The notes: generated by a model from the letters alone, not told the origin. DNA of 64,000 bases from Spirochaetia bacterium (GCA_965203905.1 CBDBDQ010000005.1:768001-832000), one strand, 5' to 3'. Positions 9,197 to 18,590 are shown, counted from the stretch's first letter. Numbers and translations: made by a program.

Positions 9197-10037
9197 AGTC
9201 GTACGGGGCGTTGCCGGCCAGGTGGTCCTTCGGGTCGGCCACCAGGGGAATCGCGTTTTCGATGGCGCAGCCGGCGAACACCGGCGCACACTCCTGCGCC
9301 AGTTGGAAGCGTCCGTGGCGCCGATACCAGGCCACGTTGTGGATCATGGCGATCATGAACCGGGGCGCAGCGCTGCGGTTGGGCGTGCCGCGATGCCACA
9401 GCCGCATGTCCCGAATCAGCACCGCCCCCTTGCGGGTAAACCCGCGGACCGGCCCACGCACCGCTCGCCGCGCGGCGACCTGTTCCTCCGGCACCCGGAT
9501 GTTGTTGCCGATCACCATGCGCGGGTCGAGGTGCGTACCCGGCCACAGCTCGATGGCGCCGTTCTCGTCCGTGGTCTCGCTCAAGGCGATGTTCACCACC
9601 AGCCGCGCCGGCGGATGCGCCGCGCCCAGGTTCGGCCAGAGCTGCCCCTCGTCGACGTGCACCGGCTGCAACCGGCTGCCGGGAAGATTGGTGTTGCCGG
9701 TCAGGCATTCGTTGAACGCCCCGCTGCCGAGCAGCGCGCGGGTTACCTGGCACACGAACGGGTTGGCTACCACGTCGCGAAACACCAGGTCGGCATCCGG
9801 CGGCGGGTTCTGCTGGATGTTGCCCCACACGAAGTTGTGCGGCACCACCGGCAGGGCGCGGATCTTCACCAGGTCCTCGCTCATCCGCTCCTGCAGCCGG
9901 TCGAGGTGACTGTGGTCGACCACGTCGTCAATCACCACCAACCCGTCTTCCTGCAGTGCCGTCACCGCCCGCTGCAGCGCGGCTCCGCCGAACCGCTCGG
10001 CGACGCGCTCCGGCGCCGTCGGAGTAACCTCGATCAT
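9180..10037 (-). CDS. PhyH family Fe(II)/2OG oxygenase
   Basis: EDGLVVI, QPVHVD, NGAIELWPGTH, LWHRG, PRFMI. Confidence 0.88.
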   Translation of the reverse strand: MIEVTPTAPERVAERFGGAALQRAVTALQEDGLVVIDDVVDHSHLDRLQERMSEDLVKIRALPVVPHNFVWGNIQQNPPPDADLVFRDVVANPFVCQVTRALLGSGAFNECLTGNTNLPGSRLQPVHVDEGQLWPNLGAAHPPARLVVNIALSETTDENGAIELWPGTHLDPRMVIGNNIRVPEEQVAARRAVRGPVRGFTRKGAVLIRDMRLWHRGTPNRSAAPRFMIAMIHNVAWYRRHGRFQLAQECAPVFAGCAIENAIPLVADPKDHLAGNAPYDYAGPN

Positions 10038-10117
10038 CGCGATTGCCGAGTATAAGGCGCGCCGCCCCGCCGGGCTATGCAACGCACGGGGGATGTGACA
10101 AGGTGGCGCCGCTACCG

Positions 10118-10996
10118 ATGCTGGTCGAGTTTCAATGCAAGCAGATGGAGTTCCCGAGCGCGCGGTTCGGCTACCTGCGCGACAGCACCGAGGCGCTGGA
10201 CGACGTCGGCGAGTTGCGCCGCCGCATCGCCGCGGACGGCTACCTGTTGCTGCGCGGGCTGATCGACCGCGACGCGGTCCTGGAGGCGCGCCGCGCCGTG
10301 CTGGAGCACCTGCAGGGGCAGGAGGCGCTGGTCGCGGGCACGCCGCTCATGGAGGGCGTGATGCCGCGCGCCGGCAGGAGCGTCGGCGTCGGCCGCACCG
10401 CCCACCGCCCCGAAGTGCTGCGGGTGCTCGAAGGACCGGAGCTGCAGTCGTTCTATCGCCGCTTCTACGGCGAGGAACCGGCGACCTACGACCACAAGTG
10501 GCTGCGCGCGGTGGGCAACGAGAAGTTCACCGGCTCGCACATGGACGTGGTGTACATGGGCCGCGGCAGCGAGCGCGTGAACACGGTGTGGATCCCGTTC
10601 GGGGACATCCCGATCGCGCAGGGGACGCTGGTCGTGTGCGAGGCATCGCACCGCCTCGACAGCTTCGCCCGGATGCGCGCGACCTACGGCAGGTCCGACG
10701 TGGACCGCGACCGCACCGAGGGCTGGTTCAGCGAAGATCCTGAAGAAATCCGGGACCGCTTCGGCGGCCGCTGGCTCACCGCCGACGTGCGCGCCGGCGA
10801 CATCATCACCTTCGGCCTCTATACCCTGCACGGCTCGACCAACAACACCACCAACCGCTTCCGCCTCAGTTGCGACGTGCGTTTCCAGCCCGCGTCCGAG
10901 CCGATGGACGAACGCTGGAGTGGCGCCGGTGCCGCCGGCCACTACGCGAGCGCGGCCATTCCCATGGCCGAGTCCCGCAAGCGCTGGGGTCTGTAG
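10118..10996 (+). CDS. PhyH family Fe(II)/2OG oxygenase
   Basis: ADGYLLLRG, SHMD, TVWIPFGD, TLHGS, FRLSCDVRFQ. Confidence 0.88.
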   Translation: MLVEFQCKQMEFPSARFGYLRDSTEALDDVGELRRRIAADGYLLLRGLIDRDAVLEARRAVLEHLQGQEALVAGTPLMEGVMPRAGRSVGVGRTAHRPEVLRVLEGPELQSFYRRFYGEEPATYDHKWLRAVGNEKFTGSHMDVVYMGRGSERVNTVWIPFGDIPIAQGTLVVCEASHRLDSFARMRATYGRSDVDRDRTEGWFSEDPEEIRDRFGGRWLTADVRAGDIITFGLYTLHGSTNNTTNRFRLSCDVRFQPASEPMDERWSGAGAAGHYASAAIPMAESRKRWGL

Positions 10997-11003
10997 CCGG
11001 GAC

Positions 11004-13301
11004 TTACGAAGACGCGAACGCGCGCAGGACGTTTTCCGTGATCCGCGACACGTTGTTGGCGTAGCCGTTCCACGACAGCGCGCCGCGCCAGCAGATGGCG
11101 CCGGCGGAGAACACCGCGCCGCCGCTGGGATACTCCAGGTAGGCGATGTCGGCACGCACGAAGCGGTGCGGGCGGCCGGGGTGCTGCGGGTCGTCGGGAC
11201 GCGCACCGTCGCGCCCGGAGGTGAACCACAGCCGTTCGTCGACCATGGGGTTGGCGAGCCGCGAGTCGAAGCCCACCGACGAGGCCAGCACCAGGGTGCC
11301 GGGCGGCGAGCCGAGCTCGGCCTCCACGCGGTCGAACTCGTAGCCGGCGGCGCCGTGGCGCACCTGCAGGTTGGGGAAGTCGCCGATCAACTCGTCGTCG
11401 CCGATCCCCGCGAAGATGAAGGCGACGCGCGGGTCGCGGCTGTCCGGCTGGCGCTGAAACGGGACGCCGGGGCCGAATTCGGCGCCGGCGGTGCCCACGC
11501 CCACCAGCCGGTTGGGCGCCCGGCCGCGGTTGCGCCAGATCCCGCCCGGTTCGCCGGTGGTGCTGTGGTAGCGCTCGGCCGGGTGCACCTCGAACGGCCA
11601 GCTCGTGCCCCAGCGCCGCACCTCCATCACGTGCGGCCGCGCCGGGTCGACGCTGGCGACGCCGAACAGGCCGTTGCCCGCCAAGTACATGAGGCGGCCG
11701 CCGCCGCCCAGGTACTGCTCCAGCGCATCGAGCATCCGTCCGGTCCAGTACTCGTGATGGGAGCTGGAGATCACCACCCGGTAGCGGGCCAGCAGCTCGG
11801 CACCCTCGGCGTGCAGGTCGTGGTCGGTCAGGTAGTCCACCTCGATCCCCTTGGCGTCGAGCCAGTCCACCAGGTAGAGGTCGGCCGGAAACCGCGTCGG
11901 CGCCGCCATGGTGCGGTAGCGGAACTTGGGGCGCATGGTGAGGTTCGGCTTGAGCATGGAGCCGTAGATCACGCCCGATCCGTCCAGGTGCAGGTCGTAC
12001 AGCCCGTAGAGCGCGTTTTCGTCGATGTAGCGGTACCGGTCGCGCGACAGCGACGGGTCGGCGAACGGCGCGTTGGAGGGCCAGGCGCCGGTCGCACCCT
12101 CGCGCCACGCCCCCACCCCGAGATCGGTGAAGTTGGCATAGCACTGGTAGGTGAGGGTCGACATCAGCACCGCGACCGGGGCGCGCCTGCGGCCCCGCGG
12201 CGGGCGAACCACGAACGGCAGGTATTCCTCGTGCTCACCATCGTCGGTCCGCAGCCAGGCTGCATAGACGCCGCTCGGCAGGTCGTGCGGGATACGCAGC
12301 GAGAAGTCGACCGCCCAGCCGGCGTCCTCCAGGTCGTCGCGATGGAAGTGAATCGCACCGTACCGCTCCGGCGCCAGCCGGAAACAGGTCGCCTCGCCGC
12401 CAAAGTTGTGGCCGGTCACCGCCCGCGCCGGCAGGTTGACCAGGCGCCCGTGCCTGCCGTTCCTGGAAACGTCGCAGGCGCGGTCGCCGGCCACGTCGCG
12501 GGAGAAGTCCCATGCCCCGACCAGCCCGGTCCCGCCTCCCGGCGCGGTGTTGTCGTCCGGCGCGGCCGCCCACGCCTGGAGTTGCGCGCCGGAGACCGTG
12601 CCCGCGAGCAGCCGGGGCCGGTCGATACGGCCGTCGAGGTGACACACCGTGGCGCCCGCGGCGTCGCACGCGGCGGCCAGCAGCAGAGGCGTATCCGCTG
12701 GCGGCAGCAGCCCGTCGGCGGTGACCGCCGCCTCCACCGGCGCATCATCGGGCCATGCCCGCACCGGCCGGCGCCACGCCGCGCCCGAAACGGCGGGACC
12801 GCCACCGCCCCGGCCATCACCAGGCTCGCCGGCCTGCAGCGACAGGGCCACCAGGTACCACTGCCAGCGCCGCATCGGACCGAGCCGGGCAACCACCCCA
12901 TCCGCGCCGATCACCTGCAGCTCGCCCCGCGCGGAGAGCGCCAGCGCCCAGCCGGCGCCGTCCAACGGCCGGCCCTGGCTGGCGATCACCTGGACCACAC
13001 CGGCCAGGGGGTTGGTCGCCTGCACGAAGGCGCAGAACGTCAGCGCCCGCGACAGGTGGACCCCGTCCAACGCCGCCTCGAACCAGGAGCCGCCGTGGAT
13101 CGACTCCCGCTTGCCCGGCCGGGAGCCGTCGATGGCGGAGGGCACCGGTCGCTGCTTGAAGCCGGGACCCTCCGGGTTGGTGTCGCCGTGGATGAGCTGC
13201 ACCAGGCGCACGTCGTAGCGTGGCCGCTCGCAGCTCACCATGAAGCGGATCTCCTCGCCGGGGGCGGCGCTGAGCCGGTCGGTGTAGCCGACGATGGTCA
13301 T
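11004..13301 (-). CDS. N,N-dimethylformamidase large (beta) subunit-like amidohydrolase
   Basis: IVGYTDRLSAAPGE, AIHFHRDDL, TYQCYAN, LYDLHLDGSG, FPADLYLVDWL, HHEYWT, GGAVFSAG..NNVSRITENVL. Confidence 0.88.
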   Translation of the reverse strand: MTIVGYTDRLSAAPGEEIRFMVSCERPRYDVRLVQLIHGDTNPEGPGFKQRPVPSAIDGSRPGKRESIHGGSWFEAALDGVHLSRALTFCAFVQATNPLAGVVQVIASQGRPLDGAGWALALSARGELQVIGADGVVARLGPMRRWQWYLVALSLQAGEPGDGRGGGGPAVSGAAWRRPVRAWPDDAPVEAAVTADGLLPPADTPLLLAAACDAAGATVCHLDGRIDRPRLLAGTVSGAQLQAWAAAPDDNTAPGGGTGLVGAWDFSRDVAGDRACDVSRNGRHGRLVNLPARAVTGHNFGGEATCFRLAPERYGAIHFHRDDLEDAGWAVDFSLRIPHDLPSGVYAAWLRTDDGEHEEYLPFVVRPPRGRRRAPVAVLMSTLTYQCYANFTDLGVGAWREGATGAWPSNAPFADPSLSRDRYRYIDENALYGLYDLHLDGSGVIYGSMLKPNLTMRPKFRYRTMAAPTRFPADLYLVDWLDAKGIEVDYLTDHDLHAEGAELLARYRVVISSSHHEYWTGRMLDALEQYLGGGGRLMYLAGNGLFGVASVDPARPHVMEVRRWGTSWPFEVHPAERYHSTTGEPGGIWRNRGRAPNRLVGVGTAGAEFGPGVPFQRQPDSRDPRVAFIFAGIGDDELIGDFPNLQVRHGAAGYEFDRVEAELGSPPGTLVLASSVGFDSRLANPMVDERLWFTSGRDGARPDDPQHPGRPHRFVRADIAYLEYPSGGAVFSAGAICWRGALSWNGYANNVSRITENVLRAFASS

Positions 13302-14539
13302 CGATTCTCACCGCGTGCGCCCCGCCGGACCGCCGCGTCCAGCGCTTCCAGAAAGCCGAGGGCGCTGTCGCCGGTGCGGGACGGATGCACCGAGAGCCGG
13401 ATGAACGGCATGCCGCGCAGCTCGCCATAGCTCTGGCCCCAGCCGTCCGCGGCCAGGCGCCTATGCACGTCCTCCAGGTCGACGGCCTGCGAGGTGAAGG
13501 CGATCACCGAGACCGCCGGCGCGGCCAGCAAGTTGAGACCGGGGATGTCGGCGATACCGGCCGCCAGCGTCCGCACCAGCTCCATCAGGTGCGCGGTGGA
13601 GCGGCGATACCCGGCCCGGCCGAGGTGCTTCATCACCGCCCAGGCGGCGGCCGCGCGACTGCCCGGCTTGGTGGACGAGGTGGTGTGGATCAGGGTCTCC
13701 TCGGTGGGGATGGCGTCGAACAGGGCCGGCTCACGGGCGATGAAGAAGCCGGTGGCGATCGGCATCAGGCCCAGCTTGTGGCCGTCGGTCATCATCGAGG
13801 TCACGCCGGGCAGGGCGAAGTCGTACGGCTCGACGCGATGGCCGAGATCGCGCTTGAACGGCAGCATGAAGCCGCCGAACGCGGCATCGACGTGCAGCCA
13901 CAGCCCTTTGCGCTGCGCCAGGTCGGCGAACGCCTCCACCGGCTCCAGGGTGCCGAGGCCACCCGCCGGGGCCGAGCACACCAGGCCCACGGTGCGCGGC
14001 GTGAGCGCCCGCTCGACCGCCTCGATGCGCGGCACGAAGCGGTGTCGGTCCACCTCCACCTCGACCAGTCCGATTCGCATCAGCTCGGCCCCCAGGCGGA
14101 AGCTGAAGTGCATGGTGACCGGCGCCACGATCTCCGGCTCCGCCTGCCCGCCGTGGCAGCGTGCCAGCCGCAGCGCCGCCAGATTCGACTCGGTTCCGCC
14201 GCTGGTGATGAACCCCGCCCCCTCCGGCGCGCCCAGCAGCGACGCCACCATGCGCACCGCCTCGCGCTCCAGCGCCAGCGTGCCGGGTTGCTGCTCCGCC
14301 GCCCACTCCACGAACCAGGTGCTTCTCGTCACCTCCTCGAGCTGGTGGGTGATCGGGTGTGGAATGCCGGAGTAGGAGTTGCCGAAGTCTCTGTCGATAT
14401 CGAACGGATTTTCGCCGAGCCGCTGGCGGATGGCGCCGAGCACCGCGGTCTCCGGCGCGCCGGCGTCCGGAAACGGCGTCACCGGCGCGGTGACCATCGG
14501 CGCCCTGCCGGCCGGCCGGTCGAACTCCGACGCAATCAC
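13298..14539 (-). CDS. Group II PLP-dependent decarboxylase/lyase (MfnA/GAD/S1P-lyase-like)
   Basis: TSGGTESN, HFSF, LHVDAAFGGF, TDGHKLG (PLP lysine); 4-bp ATGA overlap with the amidase; alternative start 14497. Confidence 0.87.
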   Translation of the reverse strand: MIASEFDRPAGRAPMVTAPVTPFPDAGAPETAVLGAIRQRLGENPFDIDRDFGNSYSGIPHPITHQLEEVTRSTWFVEWAAEQQPGTLALEREAVRMVASLLGAPEGAGFITSGGTESNLAALRLARCHGGQAEPEIVAPVTMHFSFRLGAELMRIGLVEVEVDRHRFVPRIEAVERALTPRTVGLVCSAPAGGLGTLEPVEAFADLAQRKGLWLHVDAAFGGFMLPFKRDLGHRVEPYDFALPGVTSMMTDGHKLGLMPIATGFFIAREPALFDAIPTEETLIHTTSSTKPGSRAAAAWAVMKHLGRAGYRRSTAHLMELVRTLAAGIADIPGLNLLAAPAVSVIAFTSQAVDLEDVHRRLAADGWGQSYGELRGMPFIRLSVHPSRTGDSALGFLEALDAAVRRGARGENR

Positions 14540-14550
14540 CGGTCAATCCG

Positions 14551-14886
14551 TCAGTCTGCCAAACCGAGGCAGAATGCAAGTGCTCGATTGAGCCGCGCCA
14601 CGTCCTGCCGATCCAGTTGGCCGATCCGGGCCCCGATTCTCTCTCGTCGAACGGCCACCGGCTTGTCTGCCATGATCTGTGACGGTATCCGGAGACCGTT
14701 CAGCATCGACGGATCGATGGTTACCCGAAAGTCCGGTGCGTCATTCAGCGTCGAGGTCATCTGACACACGACGACCGACGCATGCTCCACGGGAAACACG
14801 TCGCTTTGCACGACCACGGCCGCACGCGGCTTGCCACAGTCTCCGGAGGCCGCGACCGTCACTACGTCACCGCGCCTGATCCTCAT
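14551..14886 (-). CDS. mazF: PemK/MazF family mRNA interferase toxin
   Basis: RRGDVVTVAASGDCGKPRAAVVVQSD..NGLRIPSQIMADK..RIGARIG. Confidence 0.88.
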   Translation of the reverse strand: MRIRRGDVVTVAASGDCGKPRAAVVVQSDVFPVEHASVVVCQMTSTLNDAPDFRVTIDPSMLNGLRIPSQIMADKPVAVRRERIGARIGQLDRQDVARLNRALAFCLGLAD

Positions 14887-15082
14887 CGAAATCCGCGACT
14901 GCCTCGATCCCCGCAAGCGCATCGGATTCGCTGGAAGAACTGAGTCGCGCGACAGACCGCGCTACTCGTGCCCGTACCTGTGCCACACGGGCATCCGGGA
15001 CCGTTACTCTGATCTCGCGTTCGGCGCGTGCCCGGCGGCGGTTGCGCAGCGCCCGCATCCGCTCTGCGGCAGATTGAGACAT
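14867..15082 (-). CDS. Antitoxin, DUF3018/MazE-like
   Basis: 71 aa, AERMRALRNRRRA..IRVTVPDAR; AGGAGG RBS; directly upstream of and overlapping mazF. Confidence 0.75.
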   Translation of the reverse strand: MSQSAAERMRALRNRRRARAEREIRVTVPDARVAQVRARVARSVARLSSSSESDALAGIEAVADFDEDQAR

Positions 15083-15108
15083 AGGCCGACTCCTCCTAGC
15101 ACCCTAAT

Positions 15109-15120
15109 GTAACGCGTTAC
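15109..15120. promoter_or_regulatory. Palindromic operator upstream of the DUF3018-MazF pair
   Basis: Perfect 12-bp palindrome GTAACGCGTTAC next to a TAGGGT -10-like hexamer on the minus strand. Confidence 0.55.
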
Positions 15121-15149
15121 GCGCTGCTCCGACAAGCGTGCGCGCTCGA

Positions 15150-16196
15150 TCAACGCAGGCCGGTGGACACCGACGCGTCAACCTCCCAGTACTTCTGCCT
15201 GCCCTGCTTGATCCGGCGGTGGCGGCCGCGCATCGCCGCGTGCGCCTCGGGCGAGCCGTCGTGGAAGCTGCCGAACCACCGGTCCAGCGGCACCAGGGTG
15301 GTACCGTAGTTGCAGTCGAAGTAACGGTGGTGCAGGTAGTGGAAGTAGTCGCCGCTCTTGACGTTGGGCTTCTCGTTCACCTCGATCCGATGGTACCCGC
15401 TGTGGCCGTTGGCCGGCGTCAGCGCGGCGTCCATCAGGTTGTACACCACGTGAATCGGGTGCGACGGCACGATCCAGTGAATCAGGAAGCCGGACAGGTA
15501 GATCAGGTGCTCCAGCGGATGCATCGAGAATCCCGACCACGGCCCCGGATTCACGTTCTTGTGATGGACGTAGTGGGCGGCCCGGTAGTAGGGCTTCCAG
15601 TGCGTCAACCGGTGAGTCCCGTAGAAGTGCGCCTGGCGAAACAGGACGATCAACGGGAACATCACCACGCAGTACACCGGGTTGGTGCGAAACTCCACGA
15701 ACGGCAGCCAGCCGTTGGCGTAGGCCCACATGCTCACCGCCTCGAACGCGGTCCAGATGGTGACGCCGCTGACGAAGTTGTAGAACACGTTGTCCCAGGT
15801 CTGGCTCCCGAACAGGAACTTGCGGTTGCCGGCGTGCGGAAAGTGAGAGTTGTACTTGTAGCGCTCGCCCTGCGACTTCAGCACGTACAGGCGCAGGTGC
15901 ATCGGTCCGGCGACCAGCAGCAGCAGTGCCGCGTTGCGCAGGTAGATCTCGGCGATCCAGCCCAGTCCGAAGGTACGCATGCGCGCCATCTCGGGGGTGA
16001 AGAACAGCCAGGCCACCACGCACAGGCCGGTGTAGATCATCGCCTGCCATCCAAGCAGACCCTCGAGCCCGAACAGGCTGTTGAGCACCTGCTTGATCCG
16101 CCATGGGCGCGAAAACACGGGCGATGGTCCTGGGAGATCCCGGGGCACCCACTCGCCGCGCCGGTCGCGCGGAAAGGAAGTTGCAGCGTTTGCCAC
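15150..16196 (-). CDS. Sterol desaturase / fatty acid hydroxylase family di-iron enzyme
   Basis: His boxes HFYGTHRLTH, HYVHH, FSMHPLE, NGHSG, HYLHH, CNYG; GGAGG RBS before GTG. Confidence 0.88.
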   Translation of the reverse strand: MANAATSFPRDRRGEWVPRDLPGPSPVFSRPWRIKQVLNSLFGLEGLLGWQAMIYTGLCVVAWLFFTPEMARMRTFGLGWIAEIYLRNAALLLLVAGPMHLRLYVLKSQGERYKYNSHFPHAGNRKFLFGSQTWDNVFYNFVSGVTIWTAFEAVSMWAYANGWLPFVEFRTNPVYCVVMFPLIVLFRQAHFYGTHRLTHWKPYYRAAHYVHHKNVNPGPWSGFSMHPLEHLIYLSGFLIHWIVPSHPIHVVYNLMDAALTPANGHSGYHRIEVNEKPNVKSGDYFHYLHHRYFDCNYGTTLVPLDRWFGSFHDGSPEAHAAMRGRHRRIKQGRQKYWEVDASVSTGLR

Positions 16197-16227
16197 GGAC
16201 TACTCCTCCCTGCGATGAGATTTATCG

Positions 16228-16256
16228 ATTCTCGTTTCGTTGCGCCGTACGGTCAA
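16228..16256 (-). promoter_or_regulatory. Sigma70-type promoter of the sterol desaturase gene
   Basis: TTGACC-N17-GAGAAT on the minus strand; the -35 contains the stop codon of the upstream sulfatase. Confidence 0.45.
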
Positions 16257-17725
16257 GGCGGCGGCGCTGGCGACCCGGTCCGTGTCCCTAGCTCGCGCAG
16301 CTTCCGGTTCAGCCACTCCACCATCGGCCCGGCGGCCGGGTCGGACACCTCCACCATGGTCCCGGGAAGCGGCTGGCCGATGAGCGCCTCCACCTCGGCG
16401 CGGCATTCGGCTACCACGCCAGGATGGTCGGCCGCGACGTTGTGGAGCTCCTCGGGGTCGTGGTCGAGGTCGAAAAGCTCGTCGCCACCCTCGTCCGCGT
16501 AACCGACGGCGGTGCAGAAGTTCCAGCGGTCGTCGCGCACGCTGACGCGCGCCCGCGCGTTGACCGACGGTCCGCCGTCCGCCCAGCCGGTGACGATCCG
16601 CTCCCGGATCGCTGCCCTCTCGCCGGTGACCAGCGGCCAGAGGTTCTCGCCCTCGGTCCAGCCACAGGGGACTCCGAGCAGCGACAGAATCGTCGGCATC
16701 AGGTCGTGGTTCTGCACCAGCGCCGTGACGTCGCGGTTGGCCGGCCCGCCGGGGTGGCGCAGGCACAGGTTCAACTGGGTGTTGAACGGATGCAGCTCAC
16801 TCGCCGACTTGCCGAAGCGGCCCTGGTCGCGAAGCTGCGTGCCGTGGTCGGACAGGAAGACCACCAGCGTGTCGTCGAACAGCTTCAGCTCCTCCAGCTT
16901 CTCCAGCAGCACGCCCACCCACTTGTCCACGAACGTGACCTCGCCCAGGTAGAGCGCCTCGATACGGCGCAGCTCCTCCTCGGTGGCGCCGTCGCCTTCC
17001 TGCGCCGCGCCGGGCATGATGAAGTCCTTGCCGTGGTAGCCGGGACAGTAGCGATCGGCGTACGCCGGCGGCGGGTCGAAGGGCTCGTGCGGATCGAAGC
17101 TGTCGATCCACAGGAAGAACGGATGCATGGTGTGATTGTCCTGCAGCCAGTCGCACGCGGCACGGAACACGCGCGCGCAACTGTAGTCCTCCTCCGACCG
17201 CCGGTGGCGCTGGTTGAGCAGGTAGTTGACCAGGGTGGCATGGCGCGGCCAGTCGATCGGCTCGCGCACGTGGTTGCGGAGTTGCTGTTCGATCAGGCGC
17301 GGATCGCCGCTGTTCCAGTTGTCCGACTCCTGGCCCCGAATGCAGTCGAGGTGGGCGAAGCCGCGCGCGAAGTTCATGGTGGGCTTGAACATGTGGTAGG
17401 TGTCGGCGATCAGCGCGGTGAGGTAGCCGCGGGCCAGCAGGACCTCGGCGATGGTGTCCTGGTCGGGCGGGATCTTGTGCCACCCCGGCGCGTGGTGCCA
17501 GTGGCCGCGGCGGTCGAAGTTGTAGCGGAATGGAAAGCTGCGCCGGCCGGTGAACAGCCCGCGCCGAATCTGCAGCGTGGGCTGGCACTCCCCGAAGGCG
17601 CGGGTGAACCTGATGCTTTCCGCGGCCAAGGCGTCGAGATTCGGCGTCCGCACGTGGCTGTACTTCTTCCCCGGGCCCACGATGTCGGCGCGAAAGGTAT
17701 CGAGGCAGATGCACACTACGTTCAT
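16253..17725 (-). CDS. Sulfatase-like alkaline-phosphatase-superfamily hydrolase with atypical T-x-Q-x-R motif
   Basis: ICLDTFRAD, RTPNLD, PTLQIRRGLFTGR, DSFDPHEPFDPP, FLSDHG, DLMPTIL, ELFDLDHDPEE. Confidence 0.85.
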   Translation of the reverse strand: MNVVCICLDTFRADIVGPGKKYSHVRTPNLDALAAESIRFTRAFGECQPTLQIRRGLFTGRRSFPFRYNFDRRGHWHHAPGWHKIPPDQDTIAEVLLARGYLTALIADTYHMFKPTMNFARGFAHLDCIRGQESDNWNSGDPRLIEQQLRNHVREPIDWPRHATLVNYLLNQRHRRSEEDYSCARVFRAACDWLQDNHTMHPFFLWIDSFDPHEPFDPPPAYADRYCPGYHGKDFIMPGAAQEGDGATEEELRRIEALYLGEVTFVDKWVGVLLEKLEELKLFDDTLVVFLSDHGTQLRDQGRFGKSASELHPFNTQLNLCLRHPGGPANRDVTALVQNHDLMPTILSLLGVPCGWTEGENLWPLVTGERAAIRERIVTGWADGGPSVNARARVSVRDDRWNFCTAVGYADEGGDELFDLDHDPEELHNVAADHPGVVAECRAEVEALIGQPLPGTMVEVSDPAAGPMVEWLNRKLRELGTRTGSPAPPP

Positions 17726-17750
17726 CCTGGCTGGACCGTACGCGCGGGGC

Positions 17751-18590
17751 TTAACGATTCAGCAATGGTTCGTCGCCGCGGCGCTCGCGGTAGCCGGCGA
17801 CCATGATGCCGGGCGTGCTGGTGTTGACGCCGTTGTGCTGGCCGTTGTGCGGATGCCGGTAGCCGACGCGCACCATGCGCCGGGTCCGATCGGTGGCGTT
17901 GATGTAGGAACCGTGCACGGTGTAGTAGCTGAACACCACCACGTCGCCGCGTTTAGCCGGCACCGCAACCGAATCGGCGAGCCGGTACCGGTCGGTGGGC
18001 AGGTGCGGCGCCGACGGCTCCTCCTCGGTGCCGAGGATGTGGGGCAGGGGACCCTGCTTGTGGGAGCCGGCCAGAAAGCGGATCTCGCCGTTGTCGTGGC
18101 AGGTGTCGTCGAGGTGGATCAGCACGTCCGCGTAGCGGCCGTCGTCGTGCGGGTAAAAGGGATGATCCTGGTGCATCGGAAACGGCTGGCCGCCCGGCGG
18201 CTTGTTGTGCATCACCGAGTGGTGCAGCTCGATGTCCGGCCCCAGGAGTTGCACCAGGCCCGCCACCAGCTTCGGGTTGGTCACCGCCGCCAGCCACGGC
18301 TGGGAGTAGCAGGACAGCTCGTGCATCGCTTCGAGGCTCGCCGTCTTCTCGGTTTCCTCGTCCATGTAGACCTTGCGCCAGGGCCCGGTCCAGCGCTTGT
18401 CGACGGTCGCCCATTCGCGCGCCAGCCGGTCCAGGTCGTCCGCCAGCGCCTGGCTTTCGGCCGGCGTGAACACCGCCGGAATCCGCAGGAATCCGTTCTC
18501 GCGATAGAACTCGACGTCCGCCTGGTTGAGCGGGCCGGACTGGACGGTGCTGCCGTTGGCAGTGGTGCTGACCAGCGTTTCCGTTTCCAT
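17751..18590 (-). CDS. PhyH family Fe(II)/2OG oxygenase
   Basis: FYRENGFL, PMHQD, NGEIRFLAGSH, TVHGS, TRRMVR. Confidence 0.88.
   Translation of the reverse strand: METETLVSTTANGSTVQSGPLNQADVEFYRENGFLRIPAVFTPAESQALADDLDRLAREWATVDKRWTGPWRKVYMDEETEKTASLEAMHELSCYSQPWLAAVTNPKLVAGLVQLLGPDIELHHSVMHNKPPGGQPFPMHQDHPFYPHDDGRYADVLIHLDDTCHDNGEIRFLAGSHKQGPLPHILGTEEEPSAPHLPTDRYRLADSVAVPAKRGDVVVFSYYTVHGSYINATDRTRRMVRVGYRHPHNGQHNGVNTSTPGIMVAGYRERRGDEPLLNR

Noticed and set aside
10920-13430. Long antisense or alternative-frame ORFs (e.g. 836 aa here, 17550..20069, 56454..59012, 50446..52593, 264..1742)
   Set aside because: Shadow ORFs typical of high-GC DNA, overlapping well-supported genes; only the last 170 codons of 17550..20069 are real (tpx).
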